Shown: positions 21,772 to 32,082, counted from the first letter of the stretch. The stretch is 64,000 nucleotides of DNA from a virus (IMGVR_UViG_3300018495_000012:2556-66555), one strand, 5' to 3'. Notes: generated by a model from the letters alone, not told the origin. Translations and numbers: made by a program.

Positions 21772-23556
21772 ATGGGATTATCTAATGAACTTATTTCGCA
21801 ATTTGCTAAACTCGTATCAGAAGAGAAGAAGACTGATAACGGCACTGTCGTATACGGTAAAGTTGTCGTTGATGAAAATGGTCAGAGATATGTTCAATTA
21901 GACGGTTCTACCGAATTAACTCCGGTTACTGAGGAAGATGATTCTTCGAAGATTTCATCTACGACCGATGTTAAATCCGGGGAACGAGTATCGGTGTTAA
22001 TCAAGAACCATACAGCAACAATCACAGGCAACATATCATCTCCAGCTGCTAGAACAGGTGACGTAGTAGAAGTTAAACAAGCTCAAATTCTCCTTGCGGA
22101 TAGAATCCAAGTGCAGGAAGGGTACATTAAAGACTTACAGGCCGATACTGCTGATATTGGAGAATTAAGAGCGGCTACTGCAAAAATCGGTAAACTGGAA
22201 GCGGATAATGTAGTCATAAACAAAACATTAGAAGCTCAAAAAGCGGAGATAACTGACTTACAAGCGACAAAGATTGATGCGTCCGTAGTTGAAGCGACAT
22301 ATGCTACGATTAAGAATCTCGAAGCTGAGAGTGCCAAAGTACGTGATCTAGAGGCGGATTTTGGCGAATTCGAACAAGCTATGGTTGAGGATCTCGAAGC
22401 TACTAATGCGGAGATAACAAATCTTAAAGCTAAAGACGCTGATATAGAGAGACTTGTTGCGGACAAAGCTTCTATTGGACAACTAAACGCTACTAATGCT
22501 GAGGTTGAAAAACTTAAAGTAAAAGACGCTGAAATAGAAAGTCTTGTTGCCGATAAAGCTTCAATAGGGCAGTTAGAAGCTGTCGATGCAAAGTTCAATA
22601 GTCTCAACGCTACATATGCAACTATAGATTTCTCTAACATCAAAATGGCAGCAGTAGAAGAGCTATTTACAAAGTCAGGTATTATTAAAAATCTCGTCGT
22701 CGGAGACACAAGTATTACCGGCGAATTAGTAGGCGTAACGCTCAAAGGCGATCTAATCGAAGCTGGTACACTTAAAGCGGATAAGCTTGTGGTGAAGGGT
22801 TCAGACGGAGTATTCTACAAACTTAACGTAGAAGCTGGCGGTATATCAGCATCAGAAGCTCCCACGGATAGTCTACATGGTAGTGTCATCACTGCTAAAT
22901 CTATCACCGCTGAAAAAGTCAACGTGAAGGACTTGGTTGCTTTTAATGCGACTATAGGCGGCTTTAAAATAACTGAAAAATCAATTTATTCCGGTGTTAA
23001 AGAGTCCGTAGGTAATACGACTCCAGGTATTTATCAAGATAGCACTGGACAATTTGCTGTCGGTAATGTCGATCAATTCCTCAAGTTCTATAAGCAACCT
23101 GACGGAACGTTTAAACTAGATATTGCAGCCGATAGCATAAAAATAACAAGTAGTGGCAAGACCGTTGAAAGTATGATGAACGATGCTCAGACAGCCGTAG
23201 ACAAAGTTACGGATCTTGAAGACCGAGCGAACTCCGGCGATTTCAAAGGTGAAGACGCTACGGTTTTACGAATAGATTCGTCTAGAGGTACTGTATTTAA
23301 AAATAGTGCAGTATCGACGGTTTTGAGCGCTGTCATATACAGAGGTTCCAAACGAATCACAGACATAAATGCATTGCGAGAAGAATATGGAAACACCGCA
23401 TATCTCGAATGGCAATGGCAAAGATTGGGAGAAACCACGTTCGGCACAATCCTATCGACTGATAAACGAATTGGCAATGACGGTTTCACATTCACATTAT
23501 CACCAGAGGACGTGGATACAAAAGTTGTATTCATGTGCCAATTAGTAACAGAGTAA
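21772..23556 (+). CDS. Minor tail protein with coiled-coil segment
   Basis: 594 aa; heptad-rich middle, ITAEKVNV/TIGGF repeats typical of tail tip proteins. Confidence 0.6.
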   Translation: MGLSNELISQFAKLVSEEKKTDNGTVVYGKVVVDENGQRYVQLDGSTELTPVTEEDDSSKISSTTDVKSGERVSVLIKNHTATITGNISSPAARTGDVVEVKQAQILLADRIQVQEGYIKDLQADTADIGELRAATAKIGKLEADNVVINKTLEAQKAEITDLQATKIDASVVEATYATIKNLEAESAKVRDLEADFGEFEQAMVEDLEATNAEITNLKAKDADIERLVADKASIGQLNATNAEVEKLKVKDAEIESLVADKASIGQLEAVDAKFNSLNATYATIDFSNIKMAAVEELFTKSGIIKNLVVGDTSITGELVGVTLKGDLIEAGTLKADKLVVKGSDGVFYKLNVEAGGISASEAPTDSLHGSVITAKSITAEKVNVKDLVAFNATIGGFKITEKSIYSGVKESVGNTTPGIYQDSTGQFAVGNVDQFLKFYKQPDGTFKLDIAADSIKITSSGKTVESMMNDAQTAVDKVTDLEDRANSGDFKGEDATVLRIDSSRGTVFKNSAVSTVLSAVIYRGSKRITDINALREEYGNTAYLEWQWQRLGETTFGTILSTDKRIGNDGFTFTLSPEDVDTKVVFMCQLVTE

Positions 23557-23571
23557 AGGAGAAAATTCAAA

Positions 23572-24651
23572 ATGGCTAATATTAGATCATCAGACCAAAT
23601 TTCAATCGTAGACGTTACCGATGCTTATTCGGTCATATTGACGTCCGAAGCATATACATTTCCCGGCAGCACATCAGCCGCTATAGGAGGTAGTACGACA
23701 ACTCAGATTATAGCTATGCGCGGTGCTGAGATAATGAACGCGTCCGTAAATTTAACGAACATTACTAAACCAACAGGTGTTACAGTCGAGTCTGATAATA
23801 AGACACCTTCGCCTACATTGACGATAACAGTCGCATCATCAGTTACGTCAGCGGGAGTTGTAACTATACCCGTAACTATCGGAGATATTACTATTACAAA
23901 AGAGTTCTCATTCGCCATAGCGTTTAAAGGAGCTACCGGCGATAAAGGCGCAACTGGTAACGGTATAAAATCAACCGCTATCACGTATCAGGCTAGCTCT
24001 AATGGAGTAACTATTCCTACAGGGACCTGGAATAGCACGATTCCTACAGTAAGTGCCGGTCAGTATTTGTGGACAAAAACCGAAACCACTTACACGGATA
24101 ACACTAAGGCTACGGCATATAGTGTTGGTATGATGGGCGCTACTGGCGGAAAAGGTGATAAGGGTGATACCGGAAAAGGTGTAAAATCCACAGCGATCAC
24201 GTACCAGAAAGGAACTAGCGGTACAGAAGAACCTACTGGAACATGGGGCAGCACGATACCGACTGTCGGTGCGTCTGAATATCTTTGGACTAAAACGGTA
24301 ATTACGTATACCGATAATACCACTTCGACATCATATAGTGTTGGAATGATGGGTGCTACAGGAGCCAAAGGTGATAAGGGCGATACGGGTGATGCTGGCG
24401 CAGACGCAATTACTTTGTCTATCACTTCAAGTATGGGCACGATCTTTAAGAATGCGTCAATTGCTACAGTGTTAACAGCGCATGTATATAAGGCTGGCGT
24501 AGAGTTGAATGCATCTCAGATATCAGAACTGGGGGCTATCAAATGGTACAAAGATGGCGGTACGACAGCTGTAGGCACAGGCGCTACATTACAGATTACC
24601 GCAGGTCAAGTAACAAATAAAGCAACATATATAGCACAACTGGAGGGATGA
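23572..24651 (+). CDS. Tail fibre-like protein with short collagen-like repeats
   Basis: Gly-X-Y runs (GATGDKGATG, GAKGDKGDTG) alternating with two G(I/V)KSTAITYQ...YLWTKT modules. Confidence 0.7.
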   Translation: MANIRSSDQISIVDVTDAYSVILTSEAYTFPGSTSAAIGGSTTTQIIAMRGAEIMNASVNLTNITKPTGVTVESDNKTPSPTLTITVASSVTSAGVVTIPVTIGDITITKEFSFAIAFKGATGDKGATGNGIKSTAITYQASSNGVTIPTGTWNSTIPTVSAGQYLWTKTETTYTDNTKATAYSVGMMGATGGKGDKGDTGKGVKSTAITYQKGTSGTEEPTGTWGSTIPTVGASEYLWTKTVITYTDNTTSTSYSVGMMGATGAKGDKGDTGDAGADAITLSITSSMGTIFKNASIATVLTAHVYKAGVELNASQISELGAIKWYKDGGTTAVGTGATLQITAGQVTNKATYIAQLEG

Positions 24652-24654
24652 CGT

Positions 24655-26538
24655 ATGGCGATTAAAGCGAGTAGCAGCATAACGTTATCAAGTGTTGTTG
24701 ATGTGAAAGCAGTCTATCGTTACTATTTATTACAATCATCCACATCAAACAAACCATCTAAGCCGACAACGTATCCTCCTACTTCATCATGGAATGATAC
24801 AGAGCCGACTTATACGGACGGAAGCACTAACAGTTTATATTTTGTAGACTGTACGGTATTTAGCGATGACACATTCGCTTACTCTGAGGTATCGCTTTCG
24901 TCCTCATACGAAGCAGCTAAAGCAGCGTATAATAAAGCTGTAAATGCTCAAAATGGAGTTACTTCTCTAGGTACTAGGGTAACTAAAGCAGAAGCTTCTA
25001 TCGAACAAAACCAGGAAGCTATCAATTTACGAGCTACCAGAGAAGAAGTAACGAAACAGTTATCCGATAGAGATCCTATAGGTATAGCCACCGGTAAGGG
25101 TGTTGTACGTATCGATGATATTTCTTCAGTTACCCATGATACAACGGTCAAATTGAGGAGCGAAAATGTAATTCCATATCCATACGTAGACACTACAATG
25201 ACGTTAAGAGGTATAACATTTACAGATAATGGCGACGGCTCTATAACTATAAATGGAACGGCAACTAGAAACGCACAGTTTACTATAGCGTCTCAGATAT
25301 CTCTTGATGGTACTATATCATACAGGGGTAGTGGTGGAGTTAGCGACGATTGTTATATCTCCTTCGGTGACGAGTACGAACTTAATGAAATCGATAATGG
25401 TTCGGGCGTTACATTTATGCCAAGCAACCCTGTAGATATTACGCTTACGATAGCAAAAAATGCCACATTCGATAACGTAACAATTACACCACAGCTTACT
25501 GCCGACATCTCAAACGTTAGTGTTACTAGGTACGGAAAGAGTTTGTTAAACTTCGCGGACGCGGCACCCATAAGTAACGAGACCATATCTATAGAAGGTG
25601 ACAATGTTGTATTAAAGAATTTTGGACAGTATGGATACGGAATTACTTTTCTTCCAGATATTTTTGTTATCGGAGAGACTTATACTTGTTCAATGGAGAG
25701 TATAAGTGCACACGATAGCTCTTGGGGATGGCGAATAGGATACGAGGACGGTACAACCGATATTAAATCAACCTTATCCGCCACATTTACCATAACTAAA
25801 AAAGTAAAACGACTAAATCTTTACGTAGCATTCGGAGCGATGACGACTGTCCAGGATATAATAATCACCAAGCCACAGGTCGAATTGAGTCCAGTTGCAA
25901 CCCAATACGAACCTTATAAAGAATCGGTAACATTTACTACGAACGAGCAGGGGGCTATTAATGGTGTTACATCCACAGCCCCGACAATTACGCTCATAGT
26001 TAATAATCCGTATATCACCATCGATTGCGAGTATAACAAAAATAACGTATTTGGTGATTCGCAGGGCGTATTAACACAAACGCAAACATCCGTAGCGAAT
26101 CTATCAGTAAGAGCGGACGGTATATCTGCCGATGTTAAACGACTAACAGATCTTCAAACGGACAGTGCTAATTCGCTCGACGATCGACTAAAAGTTGTAG
26201 AAGAGAAAGCGTCCGTGTCAATGACTGAAGAAGCGGTTAATATCGCTATAGAAAAAACTATATCCGAAAACGGAGCGCCTAAGCTACAAACCAAAACCGG
26301 CTATTCGTTTGACGATGATGGAATGACCGTACAAAAAAGCAGTAATCCTGAAATGAAAACTCAAATAACAGAAGACGGAATGACCGTTAGTAAAAACGAC
26401 GTGCCAACGTTAAAAGCTGATAACACAGGAGTCGATGCGGTTAACCTACGAGCATCTACATATTTAATCGTTGGCGGAATGAGTCGTTTTCAGACGTATC
26501 AAGGCGATCGTATGGCCTGCTTCTGGCTTGGAAATTGA
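24655..26538 (+). CDS. Minor tail / receptor-binding protein
   Basis: 627 aa Thr/Ser/Asp-rich beta-type protein in the fibre module. Confidence 0.55.
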   Translation: MAIKASSSITLSSVVDVKAVYRYYLLQSSTSNKPSKPTTYPPTSSWNDTEPTYTDGSTNSLYFVDCTVFSDDTFAYSEVSLSSSYEAAKAAYNKAVNAQNGVTSLGTRVTKAEASIEQNQEAINLRATREEVTKQLSDRDPIGIATGKGVVRIDDISSVTHDTTVKLRSENVIPYPYVDTTMTLRGITFTDNGDGSITINGTATRNAQFTIASQISLDGTISYRGSGGVSDDCYISFGDEYELNEIDNGSGVTFMPSNPVDITLTIAKNATFDNVTITPQLTADISNVSVTRYGKSLLNFADAAPISNETISIEGDNVVLKNFGQYGYGITFLPDIFVIGETYTCSMESISAHDSSWGWRIGYEDGTTDIKSTLSATFTITKKVKRLNLYVAFGAMTTVQDIIITKPQVELSPVATQYEPYKESVTFTTNEQGAINGVTSTAPTITLIVNNPYITIDCEYNKNNVFGDSQGVLTQTQTSVANLSVRADGISADVKRLTDLQTDSANSLDDRLKVVEEKASVSMTEEAVNIAIEKTISENGAPKLQTKTGYSFDDDGMTVQKSSNPEMKTQITEDGMTVSKNDVPTLKADNTGVDAVNLRASTYLIVGGMSRFQTYQGDRMACFWLGN

Positions 26539-26548
26539 GGTGAGTTAA

Positions 26549-28444
26549 ATGGCATGGCAAGAAAAAATTATATATGGTGACGGTGCAAAAGGCCATCATC
26601 GATTTACATTAAAAGTCGTAGAAGATAGTACGTCGGTAATAACTAATAAATCCTATGTCCATTGGGAATTTATATTATCGCCTACCGTAAACTGGTATGA
26701 CTGGGAGTATCTAAATCAGGTTCCAGTAAACTATATCGTAAACATCAATGGTGAGCGATACGACGGAAATATTATGACCTATGATGGCGTATCAACAGTT
26801 GTAATTCGGTCCGGTAATATGTACGTCGATCATAATGCTGACGGTAATAAGCGTATAGACTTTAATTTTAGTGTATGGAGTTTGGATATATATTATCTAC
26901 CTGGCGCTGCAAGTGCTAGTGGGTATATGGACCTTACAACCATTCCAAGACACGCTAAAATTACTTCTGCTCCGACTACGCTAACCGATCTTGACACACC
27001 CACTATAAGATATTCAAACCCTGCGGGAGGCGCTGTTGAATCTCTACAGGCGTGTATTGCGTATTATATCAATGGCACTCAAGCTCTGTATGCTAGTTAT
27101 AGAGACATTGACCCCAACAAATCGGAGTATACGTTTACGGACGGATTCGATAAAGACCTTCTATACAGGTCATTTACTAATACAAATGGTCCTATAAGAG
27201 TGCAATTCTATGTGACGTCGCGTATCGGTGGGGTCACGGAATACTCGATACTTGAGGGTGATTTAACGATCGTGGACGCTGACCCTATTATAAGCTCAGA
27301 GAGTATCAACGACCGTTTTGAAGACCCTATGCTGACTAATAACAATACTGCCATCATAAGAGGCGTTAGTAACGTGGATTGTTACATACAGGCAAGCGGT
27401 AAAAAATATGCAACTATACGAGACGTTATAGTCACATGCGGAAGTAAAGCTACCAAATTACAACCGAGTAATAACGGATATGCGGGTCTAATCGAAGGTG
27501 CTGACGACGGTACTTTTATATTTACAGTAACAGACAGCAGAGGTAATGTATCATCAACTCGTGTCGATAGAGAACTTATCAATTACACGAAAATAACTTG
27601 TGAAATAGATGTCGATATGACTGTGGTTGAGAATGAAACGGCTAATGCAGAGGTCACTATTAGAGGTAATTTCTATAGGTGCGAATTCGGGTCTGGTAGT
27701 GGTAACTATAACTCCAGCTCCGTGTATTATCGGTATAAGGAAAATAACGGTGATTACATCAGAACGGAAAATTCCGACGCAGACGGATGGATTTACGCTG
27801 GTAGCTGTAGTTCAACCGAAGAAAAACGATACGTATTAACTTCGAGTATAGAAAATCTGAATAGCACAAGTGTGTATACGTTTGAAGCAAAAGCCGCGGA
27901 CTCGGTTCTCGCGGTGTCTAGTGTCCCGTATAAAGCTAATGCTATTCCTGTATTTGATTGGGGTAAAGACGATTTCTGTTTCAACGTTCCGGTCGATATA
28001 GCCGGTAACGCATGGGTGAATGGTTATGAAGTAATAACTAAGAACTATTCTGATAGAATAACGAGAGCGGTGACATCCGAAGAAGTTTCATACGCTGCAA
28101 ATTCGTATATCAATTTTTATCGGTCGGATTCGGCCTCACCCCCTAATGATATGGTGACGTTCAACGCTAGCGGTATTATAACCATTAATAGAGATATGAC
28201 CGTACTCATAAACGTGCATGTATCCGGTCATAATCCGTCAGGGAGATCGTGGATTAGATTGGTAAATGCCGTTGCTGAATGGCGTTATACACAATCGATT
28301 AATTACGGCCAATATACGACGTCTACGCTATCAATGGTTCTTTCACTTCATAAGGACGATTCAATAGGCGTTGTGACTGCGGAGGCTTTGAACATGAATA
28401 GCGCAGGTCTGTCACCGTCATACATCGAAATAATACAACTATAG
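26549..28444 (+). CDS. Siphovirus minor structural protein (DUF859-like)
   Basis: 631 aa; HNADGNK, LTTIPR, FTVTDSRG, PVFDWG motifs. Confidence 0.6.
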   Translation: MAWQEKIIYGDGAKGHHRFTLKVVEDSTSVITNKSYVHWEFILSPTVNWYDWEYLNQVPVNYIVNINGERYDGNIMTYDGVSTVVIRSGNMYVDHNADGNKRIDFNFSVWSLDIYYLPGAASASGYMDLTTIPRHAKITSAPTTLTDLDTPTIRYSNPAGGAVESLQACIAYYINGTQALYASYRDIDPNKSEYTFTDGFDKDLLYRSFTNTNGPIRVQFYVTSRIGGVTEYSILEGDLTIVDADPIISSESINDRFEDPMLTNNNTAIIRGVSNVDCYIQASGKKYATIRDVIVTCGSKATKLQPSNNGYAGLIEGADDGTFIFTVTDSRGNVSSTRVDRELINYTKITCEIDVDMTVVENETANAEVTIRGNFYRCEFGSGSGNYNSSSVYYRYKENNGDYIRTENSDADGWIYAGSCSSTEEKRYVLTSSIENLNSTSVYTFEAKAADSVLAVSSVPYKANAIPVFDWGKDDFCFNVPVDIAGNAWVNGYEVITKNYSDRITRAVTSEEVSYAANSYINFYRSDSASPPNDMVTFNASGIITINRDMTVLINVHVSGHNPSGRSWIRLVNAVAEWRYTQSINYGQYTTSTLSMVLSLHKDDSIGVVTAEALNMNSAGLSPSYIEIIQL

Positions 28445-28457
28445 GAGAAAATTCAAA

Positions 28458-28685
28458 ATGACAGAAACGATCATAGTGGCTATTTTATCGCTCGTCGGGA
28501 CCTTCATTGGTACCCTAGGTGGTATTTTAGCGGCTAATAAACTAGTAGTCTATCGAATCGATCAACTCGAGAGAAAGGTAGAAAAACACAACGGTATAAT
28601 CGAGCGTATGTACAAACTTGAAACACGCGTTGCTGTTGATGAAGAAGAGATTGAACATCTCAAGGGATATCATAAACATAACTAA
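28458..28685 (+). CDS. Small membrane/coiled-coil protein of lysis module
   Basis: N-terminal TM helix, YRIDQLERKVEKHN; directly before holin. Confidence 0.6.
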   Translation: MTETIIVAILSLVGTFIGTLGGILAANKLVVYRIDQLERKVEKHNGIIERMYKLETRVAVDEEEIEHLKGYHKHN

Positions 28686-28697
28686 AGGAGTGATATT

Positions 28698-28901
28698 ATG
28701 AAAATGTCTAACAAAACTTATGACGTACTTAAGTGGGTTGCTATGTATTTGCTTCCTGCAATAGGTACGCTTTACTTCGCTCTTGCTGGTATTTGGGGTC
28801 TCCCTTACGGCGAACAGATCGTGGGAACCATCACTGCGGTTGATACTTTCATGGGAGTTCTTCTCGGTATTAGTACTGCGAAGTATAACAAGACGAAATG
28901 A
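28698..28901 (+). CDS. Holin (Dp-1 type)
   Basis: MSNKTYDVLKW...LPAIGTLYFAL..IWGLPYGEQIVGTITAVDTFMG; two TM segments. Confidence 0.88.
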   Translation: MKMSNKTYDVLKWVAMYLLPAIGTLYFALAGIWGLPYGEQIVGTITAVDTFMGVLLGISTAKYNKTK

Positions 28902-29215
28902 ATTACGTTATTCGTGACTGCGAACTCTATCACCATGGAGTAAAAGGTATGCGCTGGGGAATTCGAAAAGATATTTCAAAAAAAAAAAAACAGCGTAAAT
29001 TAAAAAAGTCTAAACCAAAAAATCGAGTGTTTACGGACATCAATTCCGCTAGATTGGCCCGAAGAATAGCAATCGGGCAGTCTTGGCTCGAATCGAACCG
29101 TCTGCATATGCAAACCCATCTGAATAATATGCATATATTCAACCAGCAAAACGAGATAAATAACATTATCAACAATCATCAAATGATGAACATGCATATG
29201 ATGGGAATGTTCTAA
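28898..29215 (+). CDS. Small protein with ELYHHGVKGMRWG leader (DUF7211-like) and Asn/His/Met/Gln-rich tail
   Basis: 105 aa; leader motif seen directly; A13 run at 28978-28990. Confidence 0.55.
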   Translation: MNYVIRDCELYHHGVKGMRWGIRKDISKKKKQRKLKKSKPKNRVFTDINSARLARRIAIGQSWLESNRLHMQTHLNNMHIFNQQNEINNIINNHQMMNMHMMGMF

Positions 29216-29220
29216 TTTCT

Positions 29221-29245
29221 CGCGATAAATACATACTCCTTTATG
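29221..29245 (+). promoter_or_regulatory. Phage promoter-like motif copy 1
   Basis: CGCG ataaat ACA tactcct TTATG. Confidence 0.75.
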
Positions 29246-29281
29246 AGGAAACTTGTAAATTATTTTTAAGGAGATTTAATT

Positions 29282-29437
29282 ATGCTTAGAGAAATTAGAG
29301 AAGTTAAGAACGATGAAACGAGAAAAAGAGAAGAGGAAAGAGTTAGAGATAATCTGAGAAGAATAAGCTCTGGAACGACTACTACCTACGAAGAGGCGGT
29401 AGCGTTTGTACATGGTTTATTTACGGAGGAGCATTAA
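29282..29437 (+). CDS. Cassette ORF, 51 aa
   Basis: RBS AAGGAG, MLREIREVK...FTEEH; hairpin GAGGAG/CTCCTC plus U-tract overlaps the 3' end. Confidence 0.65.
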   Translation: MLREIREVKNDETRKREEERVRDNLRRISSGTTTTYEEAVAFVHGLFTEEH

Positions 29438-29459
29438 CAACTCCTCTTCTTTTTCCTTT

Positions 29460-29484
29460 CGCGATCCTTACAAGGGCTATTATG
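29460..29484 (+). promoter_or_regulatory. Motif copy 2
   Basis: CGCG atcctt ACA agggcta TTATG. Confidence 0.75.
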
Positions 29485-29506
29485 AAAACGAAAGGAGACG
29501 ATTATC

Positions 29507-29707
29507 ATGTTAGCGAAAGTTAAAGTATTAAAATTGAAACTTCAAAGTGAATACTACAAAAATTTGAGTATGTATCATTCTAAGAAATCAGAAGAATTTC
29601 TAGAGAAAGGTATGTATGAAGAATCTGAGTATCACCTCAGTTTATCAACAGCATATTTGCTTAAGCGAATTGATACGTCTATGGAGTATACTAAAGCGGT
29701 CCTTTAA
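29507..29707 (+). CDS. Cassette ORF, 66 aa
   Basis: RBS AAAGGAG; terminator AAAGCGGTCCT..AGGGCTGTTTT at the 3' end. Confidence 0.7.
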   Translation: MLAKVKVLKLKLQSEYYKNLSMYHSKKSEEFLEKGMYEESEYHLSLSTAYLLKRIDTSMEYTKAVL

Positions 29708-29722
29708 CAAGGGCTGTTTTTT

Positions 29723-29772
29723 TTTGTACATTAAGCTAGTCTACTTTTAAGCAGAACCCTTTAATGTACAAA
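29723..29772. other. attP: attP site of the large serine integrase
   Basis: Exactly 50 bp bounded by a perfect 12-bp inverted repeat TTTGTACATTAA/TTAATGTACAAA, partial inner symmetry, central TT at 29747-29748, just 3' of the integrase. Confidence 0.8.
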
Positions 29773-29810
29773 CACAATGAAACCCCGCCAATACTGGCAG
29801 GGCCCGGGGC

Positions 29811-31301
29811 TTAAGCGAATTTCCAATGAATATGGATTACTTCGCCATCTATTGATATTTTCTCTATTAATTCTCGGATAAGGAATTTAACCTCGTCCAT
29901 ATCGCCTTCGTCAATAACGTCACATAAACTCAACGCAATCTCTACAGCGTCGTCTTTTGACATCTTTTCTTGCGTATTTTCTAAGTTTCTAATTTCATTA
30001 GCAATACCTTCTTTCTCAGCAGCTAACGGTTTAATCTTGTCCTGTACAGCTTCGAAATCTATACCGCCGATTGAATACAAATCCATCAATTTACTAACTT
30101 GTGATTCTATATTTTTAATACGTTTCGCAAGTACTTTTATTTTTGCAGAATTGTCGTCCTCGAACGTTTCTATTTCGAACTCGTCTGGATGCAATGCTAG
30201 TTTTCTGATTTCACCTAAAACTTTCTCTTCTAATTCAGCAGATTTCCAGTTCTTATTCGTACAACGTTGGTCTCTCGGTATATCTTTCCATTTACCGCTA
30301 TTAGCTGTACGTTTGTAACAGGTATAGTAACCCCACTCTTTAGCTCCAGATTTAGCTAATCTATGAAAATACTTATTGTCACAATGACCACAATTAACCA
30401 TTCCTGCGATAATCGAATTTATTCTAGGCTCTCTAGCTTCGACCTCTCGATCACGTTCCTCTAATATTTCTTGGGCTTTCTCGAAGGTCTCATCGTCTAT
30501 AATCGCCGTATGGATTCCTTCATACCATTCATCTTTATAAGACACCATACCGATATAATGTTTATTTTCTAGCATATCTCTTAAATGATGCTTACCTTCC
30601 CAAGTGACACCGTTTTTACTCGTATAGCCCTTTTTGTGCAATATATTAGCTATTTGTCGTTGAGGTAATCGCAGGTTAAATAGACGGAACATTTCTTTAA
30701 CTTGCATTGCCTCATATTCGTTAATTTCTAGTTCACCATTAACCATGTCGTATCCATACGGCGTACAAGGGCTGCCGCACCAGCGACCGCTTTTAGCTCT
30801 ACCAACTTTACCAACTTCCATACGTTCTTTAATTTGTTCTCTTTCAAGTTGAGCGAAGACGCTTAGAATCCCCACCATCGCTCTCCCGAAGGGCGTACTT
30901 GTATCTAAATTCTCGGTCATACTAATGAAGTCTACGCCATTTGGTAAGAATACGTCCTCAATAAGTGTAAGAGTGTCTTTTTGTGAACGTGATAAACGGT
31001 CTAGCTTATACACTAATACAGCATCAAATCGACCACCCTCGGCATCTTTGATTAGCTCCTGTAAACCTGGACGATTTGTATCCGCACCAGAGTAACCAGC
31101 ATCTGTGTATATTTTATGAACTTCCCAACCATGCGCTTCACAATATAGCTTCATACGGTCGACCTGCTCATTAATCGAATAACCGTCTCTAGCTTGTTCT
31201 AATGTTGACACCCTTGGATACAACGCTAGTCGTTTCTTAGCTGCGCTTCGTTTTTCCGCGAGTTCTCTTCTATTCATTTCTCTTCGTTGTCTAGTAGTCA
31301 T
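29811..31301 (-). CDS. int: Large serine recombinase (integrase)
   Basis: YPRVST catalytic motif, YTDAGYSGA..NRPGL, VYKLDRLSRS, Zn ribbon CGHC..YYTC..C, coiled coil. Confidence 0.95.
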   Translation of the reverse strand: MTTRQRREMNRRELAEKRSAAKKRLALYPRVSTLEQARDGYSINEQVDRMKLYCEAHGWEVHKIYTDAGYSGADTNRPGLQELIKDAEGGRFDAVLVYKLDRLSRSQKDTLTLIEDVFLPNGVDFISMTENLDTSTPFGRAMVGILSVFAQLEREQIKERMEVGKVGRAKSGRWCGSPCTPYGYDMVNGELEINEYEAMQVKEMFRLFNLRLPQRQIANILHKKGYTSKNGVTWEGKHHLRDMLENKHYIGMVSYKDEWYEGIHTAIIDDETFEKAQEILEERDREVEAREPRINSIIAGMVNCGHCDNKYFHRLAKSGAKEWGYYTCYKRTANSGKWKDIPRDQRCTNKNWKSAELEEKVLGEIRKLALHPDEFEIETFEDDNSAKIKVLAKRIKNIESQVSKLMDLYSIGGIDFEAVQDKIKPLAAEKEGIANEIRNLENTQEKMSKDDAVEIALSLCDVIDEGDMDEVKFLIRELIEKISIDGEVIHIHWKFA

Positions 31302-31303
31302 TT

Positions 31304-31696
31304 CTACCTATCCCCTTTGTCTATGATGTCCTTTGCCAGTTGTAGGGTATTCATTACCATTTGCTTTTCAGTTTCAGAGACAATACGTTTACCGCATACC
31401 AGACGAGGCTCCTCTAATACGAATACTATCAACTGATCAATAGCTTCGCATATATCGTGAGTCTTACCGTCCGTACGCTCCATATTCTCACTTTTACCGA
31501 TAAGCCATAACGGGTTTACATTCAAAATGGCAGCTATCGTCTCTACTACTGGCAGCTTTATATTTCTTATATCTCCGTTTTCATATCGGTGTATAGTGGC
31601 TTTGCTCAATCCCGTATAAGTAGCTATATCCACTACCGATATATTTAAGGCTTTGCGTCGTTGCTGTATTCGCTTGCCTATTTCCTCGTTTTTCAT
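31304..31696 (-). CDS. XRE-family repressor (CI-like)
   Basis: HTH ISVVDIATYTGLSKATIHRYENG; divergent from Cro-like gene; co-oriented with integrase. Confidence 0.88.
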   Translation of the reverse strand: MKNEEIGKRIQQRRKALNISVVDIATYTGLSKATIHRYENGDIRNIKLPVVETIAAILNVNPLWLIGKSENMERTDGKTHDICEAIDQLIVFVLEEPRLVCGKRIVSETEKQMVMNTLQLAKDIIDKGDR

Positions 31697-31729
31697 TCTT
31701 TCACCTCCATATTTATTATAAGCTACTTT

Positions 31730-31863
31730 TTCGCATTATGCGAATTATTTATAAACGTCACGCGACTTTCATTTTCTATTCTAAGTTTTCTCACATATTG
31801 CGATTATTATACTAATTGTCGCATAACGCAACGATATTTGACACGAGGTGACGCATAATGATA
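31730..31863. promoter_or_regulatory. Putative operators of the lysis/lysogeny switch, consensus TCGCATWATGCGA
   Basis: TTCGCATTATGCGAA 31730-31744 (perfect palindrome about the centre), TCACATATTGCGA 31791, TCGCATAACGCAA 31819, ACGCATAATG 31851. Confidence 0.65.
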
Positions 31864-32082
31864 AACACTAAGGAAATTAAGAAACTACTTATAGACAAAG
31901 ATTTGGGAATAAAAGACATTGCTCTATGTTTGGGTAAATCATATTCCAGCGCATTATTAAAGATAAACGGTGAGCTTCCTATCACACTTGGCGAAGCCGA
32001 CCGAATTCAAACGTTATTAGGAATCAGCGATTGTGATTTCGGTTTTTACTTCATGAGTCATAGTCGGGAGGTGCGTGAATGA
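31858..32082 (+). CDS. Cro-like HTH protein
   Basis: 74 aa, IKDIALCLGKSYSSALLKING; RBS GAGGTG; divergent from repressor. Confidence 0.8.
   Translation: MINTKEIKKLLIDKDLGIKDIALCLGKSYSSALLKINGELPITLGEADRIQTLLGISDCDFGFYFMSHSREVRE

Noticed and set aside
26549-29215. Diversity-generating retroelement acting on tail fibre genes
   Set aside because: No reverse transcriptase and no template/variable repeat pair with adenine-specific mismatches was seen
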